A stretch of 64,000 nt of DNA. Origin: Lepidodermella squamata (Eukaryota; Animalia; Gastrotricha). A program made the position numbers and the translations under genes. The stretch is taken from assembly GCA_047495785.1 (NCBI GenBank), contig JBLDXI010000010.1, positions 372,001 to 436,000 on the forward strand, given 5' to 3'. This document shows, one piece after another, positions 13,229-25,938 of the stretch (position 1 is the first letter of the stretch; every line of letters begins with the position of its first letter). The notes under the pieces are model-generated. The model made no database searches. It saw nothing but the letters and a program-made list of their open reading frames with translations, and was not told the origin of the DNA.

Positions 13229-14052
13229 ATGGCTGAACAAAAATCTTCAAGGTAATTTTGAAAAATTGAAATTTTTTCAATAATTTTTAAATTTATTTCA
13301 GGTGCAGTTTTATGATTGGTACTGAGGTGATAGCGCTCACTCCGAGTAAGAAAAGCAAAGAGTCAGAAAATAGCGGCTTGTTTCAACTCGCGTTCGGCCA
13401 TCAGTTGAACCAAGCCGATTCAGCGTGGCTCGCCGAAATTCTATTCACCCGGCGGCGGCACCTGTCGACGCCGGTTTTCTCAGCCTCGACGCATCGGCGG
13501 TACTCGGCGTCGAAGCGGCGGCTACTCCGGCGCAGTTTGCCGACAATCACCGAGCAAGACTCGCCGCTGTTCGATACGGAATGCTACGACAACGACGATG
13601 AAGGGTGCTTTATGAACTCGACGAGCAGCGGTTCCAACTCGGAACCCAACTCGCCATCGCTGTCCGCCTCGTCGTCCGGCTCTTCTTCCGGCTCGGATGA
13701 CGATGATTTCGTGCAAAAGTGGAACAAACTAGCGGCGAATTCGAGCCAAAATCGCAGCAAGGCGCATCACTACCACCACCAGCAGCAGCAACAACAGCTG
13801 CTGCAACCTATTGAAGTCACCCTATCAGCACCCTGCGAGTCATCAACAACAACTACAACAAGTTCTTACTACGAGCTATTCGGTGATGAAAATACAGCCG
13901 ACAGCCGGCTGTCGTCGACGTCGAGCGACGAAGATCCGTTCGCGGATGAGTTGTCGCGGCGCCTCGAAATCGAAGCGGCGGCGAAGCGGAAAGACACGCA
14001 TCAACGGTTTCAAATGGGCGTCATCGGCCAAGTTGCCCGGTTCGCGTTATGA
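13229..14052 (+). CDS. Disordered Ser/Asp/Gln-rich protein, ~257 aa (exons 13229-13251, 13302-14052)
   Basis: GC-rich ORF in an AT-rich background. A 50-bp intron (GTAATT..TTTCAG) joins MAEQKSSR in frame. Motifs include RRRHLS, RRYS, RRSLPTITE and polyQ. Confidence 0.75.
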
Positions 14053-16768
14053 CACTATAAAAAAACATAAATACAGCAACAAGTGTTTCATTTTTTTCTG
14101 ATGACTTATATAATACCGTAATTATATTATGTTTTTTCGCTGGACATTGACGATAATTTTTTCGCGACTCCGGTTTTACGTAAAAAATTATGATAAAAAA
14201 GTAATGAATCAATAATTGTTTGCTCCACTATGTATAACTATTATTATTTCATCACCGCGTAAAATATGGCCAGCACACGGATATGGGAGAAATTCCGAAA
14301 AAATACCCTCTACCAATTCGAAAAAATATTGTGATGATTTTTTCTATTATATTGCTTCGTCTTTTTTTGTATGATGGAAAACTGCGAGTTTTTTTGGACT
14401 TCCACTGTTACATGGCACGGTCAAAAATTCTGCGACTAAGTCCTGTGCCGGAATTTCAATCGCGGTTTTTATTTGAGAAACGCCTTGGAAAAATAACTTG
14501 CTGATCGACGATGGATGCTTTTTTTCCGTGTTTCTAGTTCTCTATGTGTATTTTTTCGATACAATATTTCGGGCTTTTCTCATCTTTCCGCGGCTGGCTA
14601 TGCTCGTTTCCATCTCTTTATTTTCTAATCATTTTCTTATAATAATAATATAGTTACACCTGCAATTATTATAGAGTAATTTTGACTAAGTTCAACCGCG
14701 AGCGTTATTATTGAATTTTCTGAAATGCCACAACATGTGAAAAACGACGAATAAAAGTCAGGCGAAAAAGTTTCAAAAAAAATTGTGTTTTTCTGCACCG
14801 GCGTTTTAGCATTCAGCTTTCATATATACGGAATTTTTCTATATTAGCAACACTGGTTTTTATTGCACCGAAGAGTTGTGTTGTTTTTGACCGCAACACA
14901 GCTACACACCCGCTGCTGCCAAGATGATAATAATAGCCTTAATTTGAATAATAATTCTCTAAACACAGCGCCCGGTGGTGATGATTTATTACCAACACAC
15001 GTGCTTTCAGCTGCCAAATGACCTTTTGGCCACAACGCGTGTTTGTTTTTATTTTTATTACGCTTTATTTTTAGCAGCAACAACTGATAACCTTCCAAGG
15101 CCTATACTAATAAATCCACCTGGCTTTTAATTATCAGCAGAAAAGACGTGACATTACAAAAATTATCACACAGGAAGCAGGTTTAAATGTCATAGTTCAA
15201 ATTGCGTTCATTTTTTTTGCTTATTTTTAAGGCGGATTTTTTTTCGTTCGGAATTGATTGTCGCTATATAGCACACGCAAAATATTTGCTTTCATCGGAG
15301 GTTGGTTGGTTGGTTGGCTTTTTCCCCATCCGCCGAGTACGTACGTCTGCGGGGCCCTGGTTGCAAAAAACACACTCCACTGCTGAATCACTAGGCAAAA
15401 TATCGACAATTTTTACGCGAGATGAAAAAAAACAAGCCCGTTTTTTTTACGCGCAGCAGATGAGAACCCTGGGCGATGAATAATCTATTGAAACAGCTTT
15501 CCATCAGTTGAATATTGGCTGCAAAACTTTACTGCGTATTAAGGGATTGTTTTCTAGCTGTGAAAAACAAGTCGAAAATTGAAATTTTTTTAGTCGCCTT
15601 AACACGTGAAATTAGGTGAATAATTGCATGAATATACAAGCGTGACGTTACGGCTAATCATGCGCTTCATGCGTCATTCCTTGCTTTCAGCTTTGCCTCA
15701 AGGGAACAATAATTCTTGAATGAATCGTCACGAATAAGGCAATATAATGAACTAGAACTAAAGAGAGTAGCGCGGCCGGTATAATGCCAGTTCATTTGGA
15801 CAAAAAATTGCTGAAATATGGGTAATTTTTGATTTGATGTAAAATCGGGAAGAAAGTGACTTTCCGGCCGTCACCACGTCATTTTCGTAATATTCTGAAA
15901 ATTTCAAAGTAAAGAAAGGTTCAGGTCCAGGCCAGAAGGTTCAGACAATTCATAGATCATTCTCTATGAGACAATTTTAATATTCTGCCCTCAGATGGAG
16001 AAGTTGATTTCTGATTGGTTTGCAGATTTTAGCGATTTTATGAATTTGACCCAATTTAATATATTTGTGCGTAACTATAGACGCTTGTTCGCATAAATAA
16101 GCACCATTGACCCTTGGGTCCAATCTAGAATTATTTTTACCAGATGACGCTGTTTTTCAAGAAGTGTCCAAGGTTAAAACTCTGCCTACATTCTGATAGT
16201 CACGCTATCGAGTTGCCCTGATTCGTTTCAACGTCTTCTACGGCGACACACCATATAAATCGATATTATGCGGGAATCCTAGAACATTCCACGACGGTAA
16301 GGCTGAATTCGGCCAGTTGCGTATTTATGAGTAAAAGGCTATATGGTCCTAATTCCTGATACATAGCGGGGCATATGAATTTGTTAGCGTGAAAGAAGAG
16401 TGAAATGGCTCTGGAAGTGAATCATTCGGATCGAAATTCAATTTCATACTTCTCAATTTTGTGAGAAAATTGGTACACAACGAAAATTTGGATCACGAGC
16501 TCTTGCAGTCATGGTTTTATTTTTGGATCGGGTTTTCGGTTTTCGGAAACGTGGGAGTCATTTTTCAAGGTATCAAGGAAACAGCAACGTCAATGCATTC
16601 GGTCCAATCAATAATATGAAACGGAGATCAGTGCGGGGACATAAAATCGGCATAAAATTCATAGACTTAAAGCGAAACTGCAGAATTGAGCTCAATATTT
16701 GCTCGATGTCTGGCTCTAAATACCTTATTCTGTAAAAATTCTGCCGTGAAATAACAACCTGTTATGCA

Positions 16769-16849
16769 TGACGTCATTTGCTCATCCGCACTAAAATCAT
16801 GAAAACAAGTGAATCAATCAAGATGAGTAAAACAGAACGGATGTTTGCA
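16769..16849 (+). promoter_or_regulatory. Conserved upstream module of the + strand pLGIC paralogs
   Basis: TGACGTCA (CRE) at 16769 and 22472. (T)CCGCAC..ATCATG..GAACGGATGTTTGCA recurs at 16835, 22526, 28363 and 32729 (partial at 23538), each ~80-100 bp before the ATG. Confidence 0.55.
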
Positions 16850-16935
16850 AGACTACCGTAGTTGCTATTCACATCATCAAAAACCCCATTATAATCGCAA
16901 ATCGCTGGAGAACGAAAGCGGCTTTGACTTGTGCG

Positions 16936-18191
16936 ATGTCCTTATCCTTTATTCTTGCATTAGCATTCCTTTCGGCTTGTTTCCTAGCTGTAAACTGTGG
17001 AGAAGTAGACGAAAACTACGGCCTGGGAAATAAAAGCTACACAAAAGAAATGGCTGATTACTTCTTCGCAGAGGCGTGTCCATTGGCTGCAGCTCGAGAC
17101 TTGCAAATCGAACTGACTCAGCGACGCAGATTCAACGACCTGCCCATAAAGGTTGTACTGACAATGGATCTAGAGCGAGTAACCGCAATTAACGACTTAT
17201 CTCAAAGGTTACCTTGAATTAATGAGTGCGTCAATTCTCAAAATTCCGATTTTTCAGCTTGTCTGTTTTCGGTTCGGTGAACGTTTTCTGGGAGTTTCCG
17301 AAATTCGCATGCAAACCCATAGACGAAAAAGCGGTACTTGGCCCTAATAATGCCAGAAACTACTCTGTATGGGTCGTCAGTGACACAGCAATGTCATGGA
17401 CCCCAACAATACAACACGTCAATTCCGTAAATGAAATACTGCTGGTAACGAAGGACACAACTCAGATTTTCATAACAGCAAGCAAAGATCCTGTCACAGC
17501 TGAGATCCTCGAAGCGAGAATAGTCGAAACATACTGCGACGGATTTCACCTTCAAGTTTTCCCATTCGATCGTCTCGATTGCAGTTTCGAGTTGGAGCCC
17601 AGGGATGACCTCCTATACCTCGAGTTTTCGAAGGTTACCTTCAAAATTTGGTCAGGCTCCCAGCTGTTAACAAAGTCGGACATTTGGGAACTTATTCCGG
17701 ATTCGATTTCCTCGTCAATCTCGGTGTCAGAGTGGAACTATTCACACGCGTCCCTGAGATTGTCCTTTCAGAGGAAGTACCACTACTACACCGGCAATGT
17801 CTTCATTCCTCTGGTAATCATGACCGTTCTTCAGTTTGCCGCTTTTATCATGGACCCAGCATGCCCGGACAGGCCCGTCTACTGCATGTCCGGCGTGCTA
17901 GCATTCTCAGTCCTTTTGACCATGGTTTTCCAACAGATTCCACGAACTTCTGAGACTATTTATCTCATCGTTCTTCTAGAAATTCAGCTTTTTGTGTTTG
18001 CAGCTATTACTTGCTACTGTTTGATCACAATGGTGATAGCGGGCAGTGAATGGGGTAGCCGCAAGACTTGCATTTCGAAAAAGGGCATGGAACTATCTTA
18101 CGTGAGAATTCTCGACATCATAGCTTTCTCTGTTTCGTCAAGTCTTGTTTTCTTGATTGCTATATCTATTCTTCTAATTATGAATAATTAA
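16936..18191 (+). CDS. Divergent Cys-loop ligand-gated ion channel subunit LGIC-1, 401 aa (exons 16936-17207, 17258-18191)
   Basis: Signal peptide, WTP motif, Cys-loop CDGFHLQVFPFDRLDC, pre-M1 QRKYHYY, four TM helices, M2-M3 IPRTS, and a 50-bp phase-2 intron. Confidence 0.92.
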
Positions 18192-19393
18192 ATTTGAATA
18201 TTTCATAGTAATTACTCGCTGAAAATTAGTTTACAGAGAATATTACCGTATTATTTGGCACTGCCTTTTAATGTTTTAGGAGATCATTTTCAGAAAAATC
18301 ATCTAACTATTTGTTTACCCCAATTCGCTCCGCTTCTTCAATGTATATGGTCATAAATAATAAATGGATATCATCATACGCTTAGAAAATTGCCGGTTAT
18401 TCTTAATCCTTCCACAGCTTCCGGGCCGGATTTCGGCCGACTGTGGTATAATGAGTACGAGTTAGTTGTCATAATTCCTTTGCTTTATTCAAGCACTTAA
18501 TTTTGCAGGGGGAAGAAAGCTATGAACGAGCACTGCAGTCCTTTTCGAGCAAAAGGATTGCTCGCCAGGCTTTGCGCACACTGGTGGCATACAAACAGAC
18601 ATTTTTTCCATTCAAGAATGGTGGCAGTTCTGATGATTATGTCATTTTGAATAAACAATTTCAAATTTTGACCCATGGTGGAGCCAGATTTTTTCATAAA
18701 AATTTCCTTTTTCGAATCTGCTAGGGGGTACGCGCCATCCCCGTACCCCCCGCAGTAGGAACACTGCTACCAGGGAATGTGATAAGCGATAAAACTGTGG
18801 TTGAACCCATTCAGTTTCTTGAAGAAGCGCCCCGAAGACGCCAGTGGGTGCATTTTTCAAGATTTTTGCGCTTTCAGGTCGCCTAGCGGTGGCAAACCCA
18901 CGGTTACATATGCATTTTTATCAATTTCATGATAGTTTCAACTGTTCTCTACCAGGTAAACCGAAAATTTCATGGTAACATCAATAAAGAGCATAGTATA
19001 TTTGTTGGTCATTTGTCCAGTGCATTCTTTTCATCCACACAGAATGCGGGCTAATACTACCTTCGAATCATATGCGTGCGTAGTACTGCTTATAGTGCGT
19101 AGTACTCTATATGCTATGTATACTTTTATGTATTTCGCAGAGTTTTTTTAAGCGTATGTGCGAAATGTTTGACCCGCTCATCCAATAATCGATGGATGGA
19201 TCCCTTGAAATAGGTGGTGCGTCTTATTTTAAACCCTCTATTTTCGACCTACATAAATTTTGCCCACGTCTTTAAATAGTGCATAGTTAAACGCCACTTT
19301 CGCTATTTAACATAAAAGCTCTCTGAAAGGAACCACTTGTTGCTTTTAACTCGCAGCTTTCACTTTGAACGCTTCCAAATACTCGTTTTGATT

Positions 19394-20385
19394 ATGCCAT
19401 CATCTGTAACTCCGATGAACGATTGGTCAATCGAGGGCAAGGTATGCATTGTCACGGGTTCTAATACTGGCATCGGTAAAGCAACAGCATACGAGCTAGC
19501 CAGGCGAGGGGCAGCCAAAGTTATTCTAGCCTGCCGAAACATTCAAGCAGCCGAAGAAGCTGCAGCAGAAATCCGGTCGAGGATAAACTTCAAGGATCCA
19601 GCGGAGGCGTCGAAACGAGTGGTCGTGAAGCATCTAGATTTATCTTCTTTAGATTCTGTTCGCAAATTCGCTGCTGAAATCAATTCGTCTGAACCCGTCC
19701 TACATGTTTTGCTCAACAACGCCGGTCTGGGGCTGCCTGATAAGAGGATAAGTGCTGATGGCTACGAGCTTACTTTCGCAACAAACCATTTGGGTAAAGC
19801 GATTTCAGGGCTCAACTGCCGCCTTATCACCAGTTTATTTCTAACACAGGTCATTTTCTTCTTACGAATTTGTTGATCGATCTGCTGAAAAGGTCTGCAC
19901 CAAGTCGGGTGGTTAATGTGGCATCTAAGTTATATACATTAAATTGGCCTTCCGGGTTGGATGTCGAAGATCCTAATCAAGAGAAAGGGTCATTTGGCGG
20001 AAATCGGGCATACTGCCAATCGAAACTCGCGAATATTCTTCACGCAAGAGAACTCCATCGAAGACTGAACGGCAATGAGCCTGGCAATGTCCCAAGCTCA
20101 GGTGTTTCTGTATTTTCTTTGCATCCTGGCGTTGTCAAGACTGATATCCTGCGGTACCGCACAGGCTGTAGTGCATGTTTGGCCCGCATCTTTACGTCAG
20201 GCGCTGTGACAGTGGAAGAAGGAGCGAAGACGAGCCTGTATTGTGCGTCGCAGCCTGGGATCGAGAAGCAATCTGGACTGTATTTTGCCAGTGAGAATTT
20301 GAAGTCAACCTGGAGAATCGCCCAAGATGACTCAAAGGCCAACGCTTTGTGGGAGTTGAGTGAAAAATTAGTTATGAAAAAATAA
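19394..20385 (+). CDS. Short-chain dehydrogenase/reductase, RDH11-14-like, SDR-1, 311 aa (exons 19394-19793, 19850-20385)
   Basis: TGSNTGIG, LDLSSL, NNAG, NHLGHF (across the intron), YCQSK and HPGVV motifs. Confidence 0.93.
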
Positions 20386-20607
20386 AACTTGTTTGTCAGG
20401 CGAAATCATTTTTTTAAGGTTAATTGTAGGCCTAAAATAACAGATAATGAAACCATTTTAAATCTTTTAATTAAGGTTGAATGGATCATAGATCATATAC
20501 ATAGTAATTAGTCGCTGAAAATTATTTCTCCTACAATATTGCAGAATTTTTTAGCACTGCCTTCTAATGTTTTCGGAGAGCATTTTCAGAAAAATATAAT
20601 ATAACTA

Positions 20608-21691
20608 CAGTGTGGTCTGAAACTAGTAAAGCTGCGACTTAAAATTCGCGAATCGTAGTTGAAAATTAAATTGAATGATGGTTATCATGTGATGGGCACA
20701 TGACCTTGTAGCTACGCAGTAGTTGGAGTTCATTTTCTCCATCAGCTTTTTTCATTTTCAAAAAAATTATTATTTTAAATGGAAATTGACTTTATTAAAA
20801 AGAATTCAGAAACTTGTTTATCGAAGCTATAAACTAACGCGGTTTAGAGTTACCTAATTACATATCCGTGAAGGAGACACGCAGTTAGAGAAGGGCCCTT
20901 ACCAAAGCCCGGAAGAAAATTTGAAAAAGCGAAATGTTCTAGCACAATGATTAGGACTTATTTTTGTGACAGAAAAAATAATATGCCTTTTCATACCTTC
21001 AATTATCTGGCCTAGTTAGTTATTGCGGTGAGGCGTAAGTGAAGGTAAAGACGCGAATCTAGGAAAAAAGAGCTAATTCTACGTAAACGTCAAAGTATTT
21101 ACGAAAGGTTTGAACTCCAAATTAATTGGAATTCTTCGGTAGAAGACGAATTTAAAGTGCCTTTTTAAGGTATTGTTGAACTTGTTATTAACAGTTTGAG
21201 AACCTGGGAAATTTCCTTCGTTAAAATTGCTTGACCTGAAAATCTGCTTTTTTATCATTGAAATATTAGTGAATTCGGCGACATTGGCGGTAGGGACACA
21301 TGCTTAGCGAAGATCCACCGGCACGATGACTCCGTAAGGGTTAGTCTAAATATGGCTTTTCTGCTTACAGGGCTATGCTTGGAGCCAACTATATACATAT
21401 AGGGAAGGTCTTTGATATTTTGGGTCATCTTTCGCAGGTGCAACCAGGAACCTTCTCTTTAACATAGCATCTCCTCTCTTAATCCTTATTTCAAATTACG
21501 ATTTTGTTTTTATGATTTTTAAATTATAAGGACTGATTTCCTTTTCCCCCTCGAAATTGGCTAATCAGATGTGCGCCATTGAATTGAAGTTGATCAATAG
21601 ATTGAAGAAATTGATTAGCCTCGTGATCATTATCTGAAAACGCAATTATTTGAAGAAATGCGCGTTCCTTTACTATTTTCAGACCACACTG
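20608..21691. mobile_element. Tc1/mariner-like non-autonomous element (1084 bp)
   Basis: TA|CAGTGTGGTCTGAAA..TAGTAAAG TIRs with a TA TSD. The flanks rejoin to match the paralogous empty site at ~18203-18365. Confidence 0.85.
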
Positions 21692-21789
21692 TATTTACCC
21701 CAATTCGCCCCGGTTATTCAATGTATAGGGTCATAAATAATAAATGATTTCTCTTTTTTTCTTTTTTAATATCTACGCTGATTCTAACG

Positions 21790-22340
21790 CAGGAACGGTC
21801 CGGTTTACCTGTGAGGACGGTGCTAAGAGGAAACCCCTTTTGTCATTCAATCGCCGTCGCTCATCAACTCTGCTACAAACTGATACCTGATTACTGCCAT
21901 TCCCAGCCCCTGGTGGCGAGGACTCTCAAGCGAGCTGGTCGCCCTCCACGTACTGGCCGAGCGCTTGAGTACGCGCAAGAAACGGATGCTGCTGAAGTTA
22001 CAGCTGTAGTTGCACCTAGTCGAGGTGATGGTCGTGGCCAAGGTCGAGGTAGCCGGTCCGAGCAAGAGCCAGCCCCAAGCGCCAGCTGCCCGTGATGTTC
22101 TTGCTGCAGCTGTACGAACAACGCGCAGTACTCGATCTCAGGCTCAAGCCATTGCCGAACCTGTTGTCGCTGTTCAACCTATTGCCCCTATAGCCCTATA
22201 GCTCAGTCGCAGTTCGAGGTGCGCATGGGCGCGGACGCGGGCAAGGTCGTGGCGTTGCTGAGGCTGCTATCCCTCCGGTGCGTCGTCCACGTGGTCGCCC
22301 CAATTCGGCGTTGAGTTTATTACTGCGTCACGACGAGTAG
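21790..22340 (+). mobile_element. Degenerate SWIM zinc finger / AT-hook fragment resembling a MULE transposase C-terminus
   Basis: With one frameshift it reads TCEDGAKRKP/FCHSIAVAHQL..PL..KRAGRPPRTGRALEY, with a further RRPRGRP. It forms a GC-rich island. Confidence 0.5.
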
Positions 22341-22622
22341 ATATGCGAAATGAAATAAATAATTAACGATTCAAAATAGATTTTTTAAATTTTCGGATAC
22401 ATCACGATGCTCGCGTACATTTTGTTCGCGAAACGGTAACGATGACTTGAACGATGAACTGCTTATAAGAATGACGTCAAGTGGTCTTCCGCACGAAAAT
22501 GATGCAAATCGAACGATGTTGAATGGAACGGATGTTTGCAAATACATCGGACTGAGCCTTTCTCATTATCAAAAATCCTAATATTCATCATGAATCGTCT
22601 GAAAAGCCAATTTTTAGATAGT

Positions 22623-22884
22623 ATGCATTGATCTGCAACATTTCTTGTGGCTTTTATTCTAGCTATAAGCCGTGTAGAGATAGACGAGAACTACGGCCTG
22701 GAAAACAGAAGCTACTCAAAAGAGATGTCTGCTTGCTTCTTCGGAGAGGCTTGTCCATTGGCTGCAGCTCGAAACTTGCAATTCGAACTGGTTTAACGGC
22801 GCAGATTCGACGACCTGCCAATAAAGGTTGGAGTGAAATTCCTTCCAGAACGTGATAGACCGTGATAGACGACCTTTCTCAGAG
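22623..22884 (+). pseudogene. pLGIC exon-1-only pseudogene
   Basis: Homologous to DENYGL.N.SYSKEM..ACPLAAAR. It has an in-frame TAA at 22794, a 10-bp duplication (CGTGATAGAC) and no exon 2. Confidence 0.85.
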
Positions 22885-23620
22885 GTGAACAAACCTAATC
22901 GCGGAATTCGGAAGTCGTTTGGTTTTGCGGAATTCGAAAATTGTTTTTTAAATGACGGAGATGGTCGATGCTAACTAGGCTTGGTTTTAGGCTCTGAGAA
23001 TTTGAGCATCTGTAACTCGAATGATTTACCGAAAGATTTGCATTCTGAAAACACTGAAACGATTGCTATTGGTGTAATAATTTCAAAACACTGCTGTGTT
23101 CAGGTCGATTAAATTCGTCTGTTCGTCTGAAACTATGTTCTTAATATTATATTATTTTATAATTTAATAACAACGATGAACACTATTTCACCCCGTTGTT
23201 CATCGAGCATGGTGCCGGTCTGGGAATGCATTTAAAAATAATATTTCCTGCGTGAACCTGAAACACTAATGTAAAGGCAATCTGATATCTGATACCTATG
23301 CCAATGGCGGCATACAAACATAATTTTTTTCCATTTACGAATGGCGGCAGTTTTCCCTTGCATTATTTCAGGAATTTAAAAAAGCGCCTATCTATATAAG
23401 CAAACTCGATATTTACTTTTGGGCAATCCTGGATGGGAAACCAAAAAGGTGTATTTACATTTTGATTTTACTGAGTATATTGCCTTTTTGCAATCATCCC
23501 CATGTGAACTGGCAATAAATAAAGTGAAACTAAAAAGGATGTTTGCAGTTTTATCTAAGCTTAATATTTACACGATCGTAAAGCAATAAAGTAAGAAAAC
23601 GCACATTTTTCGATTGAAAA

Positions 23621-24877
23621 ATGTTCTTTTTTAAAGCAATTTCAGCAATCTGCTTGTTGTGGAAAATTAGTGGAGGATTAGACCAGAACTACGGCTTAGG
23701 GAATAAAAGCTACTCGAAAGAAATGTCTGATTACTTTTTCAAGGAAGTTTGTCCACTAGCTGCAGCTCGAGACTTAGAAATCGAAATGACCCAGCGACAC
23801 AGATTCAACGATTTTCCGATAAAGGTTGGCTTGTCAGTGGAACTATCGCGTGTCACAGAGATTAACGATCTTTCTCAAAGGTTATTCTTATTCATGCGAA
23901 ATAGCTTGATTTTTAAATTCATGGTTCATAGCCTATCTGTCTTTTGTTTCATAACCGTTTTATGGGAATTCCCGAAATTTGCTTGCGAACCCATTGACGA
24001 AAAAACGGAGCTTGGCCCGAATAATACCAATAACTACTCCGCATGGGTTTTGAGTGACACAGCAACGTCATGGACCCCAACAATTCAGCACACTAACTCT
24101 GTTAACGAAATTCTGCTTGTAAGAAAAGACTCAACGGAGATTTTCATATCACCAGGCACAGATCCTGTCACAGCTGAGATCGTGGAAGCGAGAATAGTCG
24201 AAACATACTGCGACGGATTTCACCTTCAAGTTTTCCCATTCGACCGCCTTGATTGCAGTATCGAGTTGGAACCCAGGGATGACCTCCTTTACATCGAGTT
24301 TTCGAAAATCACGTTCGAAATATGGTCAGATTCAAGGCTTCTAACAAAATCAGATATATGGGAACTGATTCCAGACTCGATTTCTTCCTCAACTTCAGTT
24401 TCTGCATGGAATTACTCACATGCGTCTTTGAGAATTTCCTTTCAGAGAAGGTACCACTACTACACCGGCAATGTCTTTATTCCACTGATCATCATGACCG
24501 TTCTTCAATTCGCTGCTTTTGTCATGGACCCAGCATGCCCTGACAGGCCCGTCTACTGCATGTCGGGTGTGCTAGCATTCTCCGTTCTCTTGACCATGGT
24601 TTTCCAACAGATTCCTCGAACTTCTGAGACCATTTATCTCATCGTTCTTTTGGAAATTCAGCTTTCTGTCTTTGCAGCTATTACTTGTTATTGCTTGATC
24701 ACAATGGTGATAGCGGGTAGTGAATGGGGTAGCCGCAAGACATGCATTTTGAAAAAGGCTCTGGAAATATCTTACGTGAGAATTCTCGACATTTTAGCTT
24801 TTCTCGTATCCTCAAGTCTTGTTTTCTTGATTGCTATGTCTATTATGCTTATCATGGCTGAAGGAATAATCGCCTAA
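23621..24877 (+). CDS. Divergent Cys-loop channel subunit LGIC-2, 401 aa (exons 23621-23880, 23932-24877)
   Basis: Paralog of LGIC-1. The 51-bp intron at the conserved position is stop-free, so the ORF track reads through it. Confidence 0.92.
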   Translation: MFFFKAISAICLLWKISGGLDQNYGLGNKSYSKEMSDYFFKEVCPLAAARDLEIEMTQRHRFNDFPIKVGLSVELSRVTEINDLSQRLFLFMRNSLIFKFMVHSLSVFCFITVLWEFPKFACEPIDEKTELGPNNTNNYSAWVLSDTATSWTPTIQHTNSVNEILLVRKDSTEIFISPGTDPVTAEIVEARIVETYCDGFHLQVFPFDRLDCSIELEPRDDLLYIEFSKITFEIWSDSRLLTKSDIWELIPDSISSSTSVSAWNYSHASLRISFQRRYHYYTGNVFIPLIIMTVLQFAAFVMDPACPDRPVYCMSGVLAFSVLLTMVFQQIPRTSETIYLIVLLEIQLSVFAAITCYCLITMVIAGSEWGSRKTCILKKALEISYVRILDILAFLVSSSLVFLIAMSIMLIMAEGIIA

Positions 24878-25938
24878 AATATTCCCTCCCCATGAGCCGC
24901 ACTTCAAGAAAGGGCCGATATTGAATTGTTCAAAAATGCAATAGCTGGCGTTTCTCTGTTATTGCACCCATTTTTTATTTGACAGTCTCAAATGTTAAGG
25001 GCGCTATTCTAGGCGCGCGACTCGTATTGTAAGCCTTGTTTGAGAGTCGTTGAAAAATTCGGATTTAGGGCTGTTTGCGTCGTCTGAAGGGGAATGATGG
25101 CAAATGAAGTCATTTGTTTATCATAACTTCTAAGATATAGTTTGAGAAAGCAATGAACTTTCATATGTCGTTTTGGCACTCCCTACGCACTAATATCTTT
25201 TAAATGGTTAAAAATTGTTGAATAAAATTCGACAGGGATATCCTTTTCACGACGAGAATAATCCTGTTTTTGATTTAGGCCTTTTAGCAAGCGGAGATAA
25301 TTTTTTTCTTGATATATTTTCCTTTTACGATAAGTGATGAGTAGCTTATCAATGCATCTTTGAATATGACAAATTTCGCAAAAAAGTGTGTTTAATAGTT
25401 TTCTCAAAATTACTATGGTTCTCCTACCAGCTACCAGATCAGATTTGATGATACGACTTATATGTGCAATTTATTCGAAGAGTCGCAATGAAGTAGTGTT
25501 CGTGCCCACTGGCCAGTAAAGTTTTTTTACAGCACAATCGCTGCTAAGAACTGCACACATAGGTACTGGTGAGTTTTTCCATTTGCATTGCCCTATTTTA
25601 TACATTCTCGTGGCAAAAATCTTTCTCTCTTCTCCTTTCAGAAAAGTCATACATGAATGCTAAGTGCTAAGTTTTGACCGAAATCAGGAATTTTTGACCG
25701 ACATCCAATACGTTTGACCCTCTCATCCAATAATCGATGGATGAGATCCCTTGAGAGCGGGTGATGCGTCTTATTTTTAACACTCTTTTTCGACCTACAT
25801 AAATTTTGCCCACGTCTACAAATAGCGCATATTAAACGCCACTATCGCTATTTTACATAAAAACTCTCTTAAAGAAACCACTTGTTGCTTTTAACTCGCA
25901 GCTTTCACTTTGAACGCTTCCGAATACTCGTTTTGATT

